DNA from: Promethearchaeota archaeon
GTDB lineage: Archaea > Asgardarchaeota > Lokiarchaeia > Sigyniarchaeales > SOKP01
Reading direction: 5' to 3'
Assembly: GCA_048938855.1 (NCBI GenBank)
Contig: JBHLLT010000003.1
Coordinates: 64,001-128,000 of the forward strand
DNA: 64,000 bases
Below, piece after piece: positions 59,855 through 64,000 of the stretch (its first letter is position 1; the number at the start of each line of letters is the position of its first letter). Position numbers and translations under genes: made by a program. A model generated the notes under the pieces. That model did not search any database. It was not told where the DNA came from and worked only from the letters and a program-made list of their open reading frames with translations.

Positions 59855-60838
59855 TCAATTTTTGCTACGGTTTATAATTTTTTCAAGAACTTTCAAAAAA
59901 TATGTATTTTCTTCAGATGAACCAATAGTTAATCTACAATAATCTGATCCAAATTGATTTGTTACATCATGCACTAAAACTCCTAGTTCTAACAATTTCT
60001 CTGTAATATGACCTATTTTTGTTTTCAACAGTAGAAAATTAGTGCAGCTCGGATAGGAGATAATCTCTAAATCAGATAAATTTCTTCTAATTCTATTTTT
60101 TTCAGATTCAATTTCATTAACATAATCTTCCATGTATTGCTGATTTTTTAAAGCGTTAATGCCAGCAACCACACTTGGATATGGTAACATAATCTCTAGT
60201 CCTTGGAATTTTTTTCTAATATATTCTCCCCCAATTAAATATCCTATCCCTGATCCTGCTAATCCAAAAGATTTACTTAATGTTCTTATAACTGCGAAAT
60301 TAGAATAATTTTTAGTAAGTTTTGCATAACTAACTTTTGAGAATTCAAAATAAGCCTCATCAATTAGTAATATTGCATTTTCATGTTTTAAAATGGTTTT
60401 AATATCATTTTCAGTTAAAATTGTATTACCCGTTGGATTATTTGGATTATCTAAAACTATTAAGGATGGTTTATCCAACTGATCTATTATAGCATCTAAA
60501 TGTATTTTAAAATCTGGCTCATTTAATCTGACTTTTATTAAATAGCTATCAGTACTTTGAGCGGAGTTATTAATAACAATGAATGTTGGTTCTGCAATTA
60601 TAATTTGTCTATTATTCGAAAATAAAAAAATAAACTCTTTTAATAGTAAATCTGAACCAGAACTTAAAAAAATTGATTCTTGTGGAACATTTGCATAGTT
60701 CGATAATTCTTCAGTTAAAATTTCTACCTCTTTTTGAGGAGTATATCTATTTATGAGATTAATTGATTCTATCACAGGTTGTAATACTTCTTTTGGAGGA
60801 AGCTTATACATTTCATTCAAATTTAATCTAATATTCAT
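59855..60838 (-). CDS. hisC: Histidinol-phosphate aminotransferase-like PLP enzyme
   Basis: LNLNE, NPNNPTG, DEAYFEF and RTLSK motifs. Confidence 0.7.
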   Translation of the reverse strand: MNIRLNLNEMYKLPPKEVLQPVIESINLINRYTPQKEVEILTEELSNYANVPQESIFLSSGSDLLLKEFIFLFSNNRQIIIAEPTFIVINNSAQSTDSYLIKVRLNEPDFKIHLDAIIDQLDKPSLIVLDNPNNPTGNTILTENDIKTILKHENAILLIDEAYFEFSKVSYAKLTKNYSNFAVIRTLSKSFGLAGSGIGYLIGGEYIRKKFQGLEIMLPYPSVVAGINALKNQQYMEDYVNEIESEKNRIRRNLSDLEIISYPSCTNFLLLKTKIGHITEKLLELGVLVHDVTNQFGSDYCRLTIGSSEENTYFLKVLEKIINRSKN

Positions 60839-61012
60839 AGGTTTCAGACCAAGGAATTATAATTTCGATTTAATAAGTAAAATTCAATTCAAATTTACTT
60901 AATTAAGATAGAATCGAATATTGAATTAAAAATGTTTTTTTATTAAATTTGTCTTTAATATCTAACTATATTCAAATAAATTTGAGAAGAGAATAAAAGG
61001 GGATTATTTCAG

Positions 61013-62299
61013 ATGCCTACTTGGTATGAATCGCAAATAATTAAAGATCTAATGCCTATTTTAGGTGCTAGAGCCGTAAGGGGTATAGAAACTAACTTTT
61101 TTTTGTCAAGAATATACACTGGCAAATCAGCTTTGCTTAAAGTAGCAAGATATTTAGAAGCTGTTATTCCTATGGAGGATAGAAGAGCTTTAATCATAAC
61201 TGATTCATTTACAAAAAAATTTGTTAAAAATGTTGAGAAGTTTCTTGAATTAATTAAGATGGATTACAAAATTTGGTCAGGTGTAGTTCCAGAGGTCCCT
61301 ATATCAACTATTCATGAGGCTGCGAAAGTTTGCGATGAATACAATCCAACCATTATAATTGCTATTGGAGGTGGAAGTGTTATGGATACTGCTAAAATGA
61401 CACTGGTGAAATATGAAAAACCTGGTCAAAATCTATTCATGATTTTACCCAGTATTGGTGCTCCTCTTGGATTGAGGAAGAAAATAAAATATTTAATAGC
61501 TATTCCAACCACAGCAGGAACAGGTTCTGAAGTTGCTACCGCCGCTTTAATTACCGATACCTCTAGGGATCCTCCGAAAAAGATAGAGGTTGTTCATGAA
61601 GAATTATTAGCGGATATCACAATATTGGATTCTGATTTTGTAAAAGATTTACCACCATTTTTGACAAAGGCAACTGGTTTAGATGCTTTAGCCCATGCAA
61701 TGGGATCATTTACAACTAATTGGGGTAATCCTTATTTTGATGCAGTAAATAAAACCACAATTCAAGAAATTATAAAATATTTACCAAGATCATATAAATT
61801 TGGGGCACGAGATATTGAAGCTCGAAGTCATATGCAAGTAGCGTCTACTTTAGCTGCTTTTGGTTCTTATGGAAATCAAGCTCCTGGAATAAATCATGCG
61901 CTAGGTCATAGTTTTGGAAAAATATTTAGTGTTCATCACGGAATATCTGTCAGTTTGTTTTTACCATATGGGATTGCTTTTAAGGCAAAAATCACAGATA
62001 GATGGATAGATCTGTGCCAATTATTTAATATTGAAACTCAAAATAAAAATCGAGATACTTTGTTAAAAGAGCTTATTATTTCTCTTAAAAATTTCATAAA
62101 ATCTGTAGATGGCCCTACATGTGTTAAAGATATTAACGAACCCCCTATTTCTAAAGAAGAATATTACGCAAAATTAGATAAACTTGTTGAATATGCTAAT
62201 AATGATGCCGTTACCTTAACTACTTATCGCCCTATAGATCCAGATCTTTATAGAAAGATATTCGAATATGCTTGGGATGGAAAAATGATAGATTTTTAA
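61013..62299 (+). CDS. Iron-containing alcohol dehydrogenase
   Basis: GGGSVMDTAK, IPTTAGTGSE, DALAHA, HALGH and HHG motifs. Confidence 0.9.
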   Translation: MPTWYESQIIKDLMPILGARAVRGIETNFFLSRIYTGKSALLKVARYLEAVIPMEDRRALIITDSFTKKFVKNVEKFLELIKMDYKIWSGVVPEVPISTIHEAAKVCDEYNPTIIIAIGGGSVMDTAKMTLVKYEKPGQNLFMILPSIGAPLGLRKKIKYLIAIPTTAGTGSEVATAALITDTSRDPPKKIEVVHEELLADITILDSDFVKDLPPFLTKATGLDALAHAMGSFTTNWGNPYFDAVNKTTIQEIIKYLPRSYKFGARDIEARSHMQVASTLAAFGSYGNQAPGINHALGHSFGKIFSVHHGISVSLFLPYGIAFKAKITDRWIDLCQLFNIETQNKNRDTLLKELIISLKNFIKSVDGPTCVKDINEPPISKEEYYAKLDKLVEYANNDAVTLTTYRPIDPDLYRKIFEYAWDGKMIDF

Positions 62300-62321
62300 T
62301 TTAAAGATGTGAGATAATGAA

Positions 62322-64000
62322 ATGAATGAAGAATTTTATGGATACAATGGAAAGATAGCATTTATAGATCTAAATAATCAAACAGTTGAAATCAAAGACT
62401 TAGATTATGATGATGCAAAGAATTATCTTGGCGGTACAGGTTTGAGTGCTAAACTAACATATGATCTATTATCTAAAGAAGATTATGAAATATTAAAACA
62501 TGATCAATTTTATGAAAAAAATCCTTTAATATTTGCCACAGGACCAGTAACTGGAACAATTAGACCATCATCAGGAAGATATTCTGTTACTGGTATATCA
62601 CCTCTAACAGGAATTTGGGGAGAAGGAACATCGGGGGGATTTTTTTGCATTTCCTTAAGAAATTGTGGATTTGATGCTATAGTTATTATAGGAAAATCTA
62701 AAGATCCGGTATATTTATTTATTCACGACAAATTAATAGATTTTTTAGATGCTAGTAAATTATGGGGTAAAGATACTTACGAAACTCAATCTCTTATTAA
62801 AAATGAATTAGGTAATGAACGAATCAGGATTGCGACAATAGGTATTGGAGGAGAAAATCTTGTAAAATATGCTGGGATAATTAATGATGAAGGAAGAGCA
62901 ATTGGGCGATGTGGTTTAGGAGCATTAATGGGATCCAAGAAAATAAAGGCAATAGCTATTCATGGAACTGAAAGAATAAAAATTTTTGATACAGAAGTTG
63001 GAAAAACTTTAATCAAAGAAGATGAAGATTCAAAACGAGGAAATCTACTTGCGTCAACTACACCAATGTTATATACCCTTTACGGAACTAACTGTTATCT
63101 TGATATCGGAATGGCACTTGGAGATACTCCTGCATACTATTTCACAGAGACTGAATTTCCTGCAGAAAAGTTAACAGGAAAAACATTAAGAGAAAAATAT
63201 CCCGTCTTAGATTATGGGTGTGCTGGGTGTACAATGCGATGTGGGAAACAAACAATTATCCAAGATAATGGTAAAGAAATTAATGTTGATGGACCTGAAT
63301 ATGAAACCGTTGCCGCATTCGGTCCACTGTGCGGAGTGTTTGATTCCGGGGATGTTATTTTAGCAAATCATTTATCTAATATTTATGGGATTGATACGAT
63401 TTCAAGTGGTGTTTGCATTGCGTTTTTGATATATTTAGTTGAGAATAATATTAATCTACCAAAAATAAAAGGACACCTAGTAGACATCAGCCTCGACGAG
63501 ATAAAATGGGGTAATGGTAAATTAATTTTAAGTTTAATTGAGAAAATTTCAAATCGCCAAGGAATAGGGAATCTATTAGCTGAAGGAGTTCGAACAATGG
63601 CTAAAGATCTTAATGTTGACCCCGAGTTAGCTGCTCATATTAAGGGCTTAGAAGTACCTATGCATGACCCTAGAGCGTTTGCAGGACAAGCTTTAAGTTA
63701 TATGACATGTTGTGTAGGTGCAAATCATCAGAAATGCGATTGGTATAGTGTAGAAGTAACAACAGTTTCATTTCCAAGTTTAAGAGTAAAAATAGGTAAA
63801 GGAAGATCACAAATTAAAGGAAGAGAAAAAGGTGTAATTGCACTACAAGATATAAGAGCAATAGATGACTCAGCTGTGAACTGTGCTTTTATAAGTTTAA
63901 CTTTAGATCATATTATAGGACATATCAATGCCGTAACTAACTTTAACTATAATAAAAACTCATTACTTGAAGTTGGAGAACGTATTAACAATCTTAAGAG
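62322..64000 (+). CDS. aor: Aldehyde:ferredoxin oxidoreductase (3'-truncated by the window end; not in the ORF track)
   Basis: Translates as MNEEFYGYNGKIAFIDL..., with SPLTGIWGE, GRCGLGALMGSKKIKAI, CAGCTMRC, GPEYET and KGLEVPMHDPR. Confidence 0.88.
   Translation, partial: MNEEFYGYNGKIAFIDLNNQTVEIKDLDYDDAKNYLGGTGLSAKLTYDLLSKEDYEILKHDQFYEKNPLIFATGPVTGTIRPSSGRYSVTGISPLTGIWGEGTSGGFFCISLRNCGFDAIVIIGKSKDPVYLFIHDKLIDFLDASKLWGKDTYETQSLIKNELGNERIRIATIGIGGENLVKYAGIINDEGRAIGRCGLGALMGSKKIKAIAIHGTERIKIFDTEVGKTLIKEDEDSKRGNLLASTTPMLYTLYGTNCYLDIGMALGDTPAYYFTETEFPAEKLTGKTLREKYPVLDYGCAGCTMRCGKQTIIQDNGKEINVDGPEYETVAAFGPLCGVFDSGDVILANHLSNIYGIDTISSGVCIAFLIYLVENNINLPKIKGHLVDISLDEIKWGNGKLILSLIEKISNRQGIGNLLAEGVRTMAKDLNVDPELAAHIKGLEVPMHDPRAFAGQALSYMTCCVGANHQKCDWYSVEVTTVSFPSLRVKIGKGRSQIKGREKGVIALQDIRAIDDSAVNCAFISLTLDHIIGHINAVTNFNYNKNSLLEVGERINNLK

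Noticed and set aside
168-61197. Many short ORFs in the track that overlap longer genes, mostly antisense (e.g. 168-437, 990-1367, 5895-6254, 23265-23495, 40873-41301, 53325-53678)
   Set aside because: They are shadow frames of well-supported genes, with atypical composition and no motifs.
1-64000. CRISPR arrays, tRNA/rRNA genes, transposases, integrases, prophage genes
   Set aside because: I saw no regularly spaced repeats, no GC-rich cloverleaf or rRNA-like segments, and no such protein motifs. tRNAscan-SE and cmscan would be needed to exclude them formally.

Overview
Very AT-rich archaeal DNA, most likely a Lokiarchaeia/Promethearchaeota (Asgard) chromosome segment. The basis is two profilin-fold genes, four Rab-like small GTPase genes, a longin-like gene, TFB and an anaerobic redox gene set (HdrA, MvhD, FdhB-like, two AORs, HdrD-GltD fusion, HypB). 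The ORF track misses or breaks several real features. (1) A selenoprotein operon: hdrA (29751-31727, two in-frame UGA) and mvhD/vhuD (29280-29738, two in-frame UGA), followed by one eukaryote-type SECIS hairpin (29197-29272). (2) A box C/D guide RNA with a snoRNA-like terminal stem (54127-54215). (3) A 51-aa Cys-rich desulforedoxin-like gene. (4) A GH127 pseudogene remnant. (5) A second AOR gene cut by the window end. Other notable loci are two HAMP-less multi-TM chemoreceptors between a profilin-fusion gene and a PAS kinase/longin pair, a nucleotide-binding-dead Rab-like protein, three tandem Rab-like GTPases, and a GH94 phosphorylase with three URO-D/MtaA-family genes. I saw no rRNA, tRNA, CRISPR array or transposase. 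All family calls come from motif recognition by eye; no searches were run.
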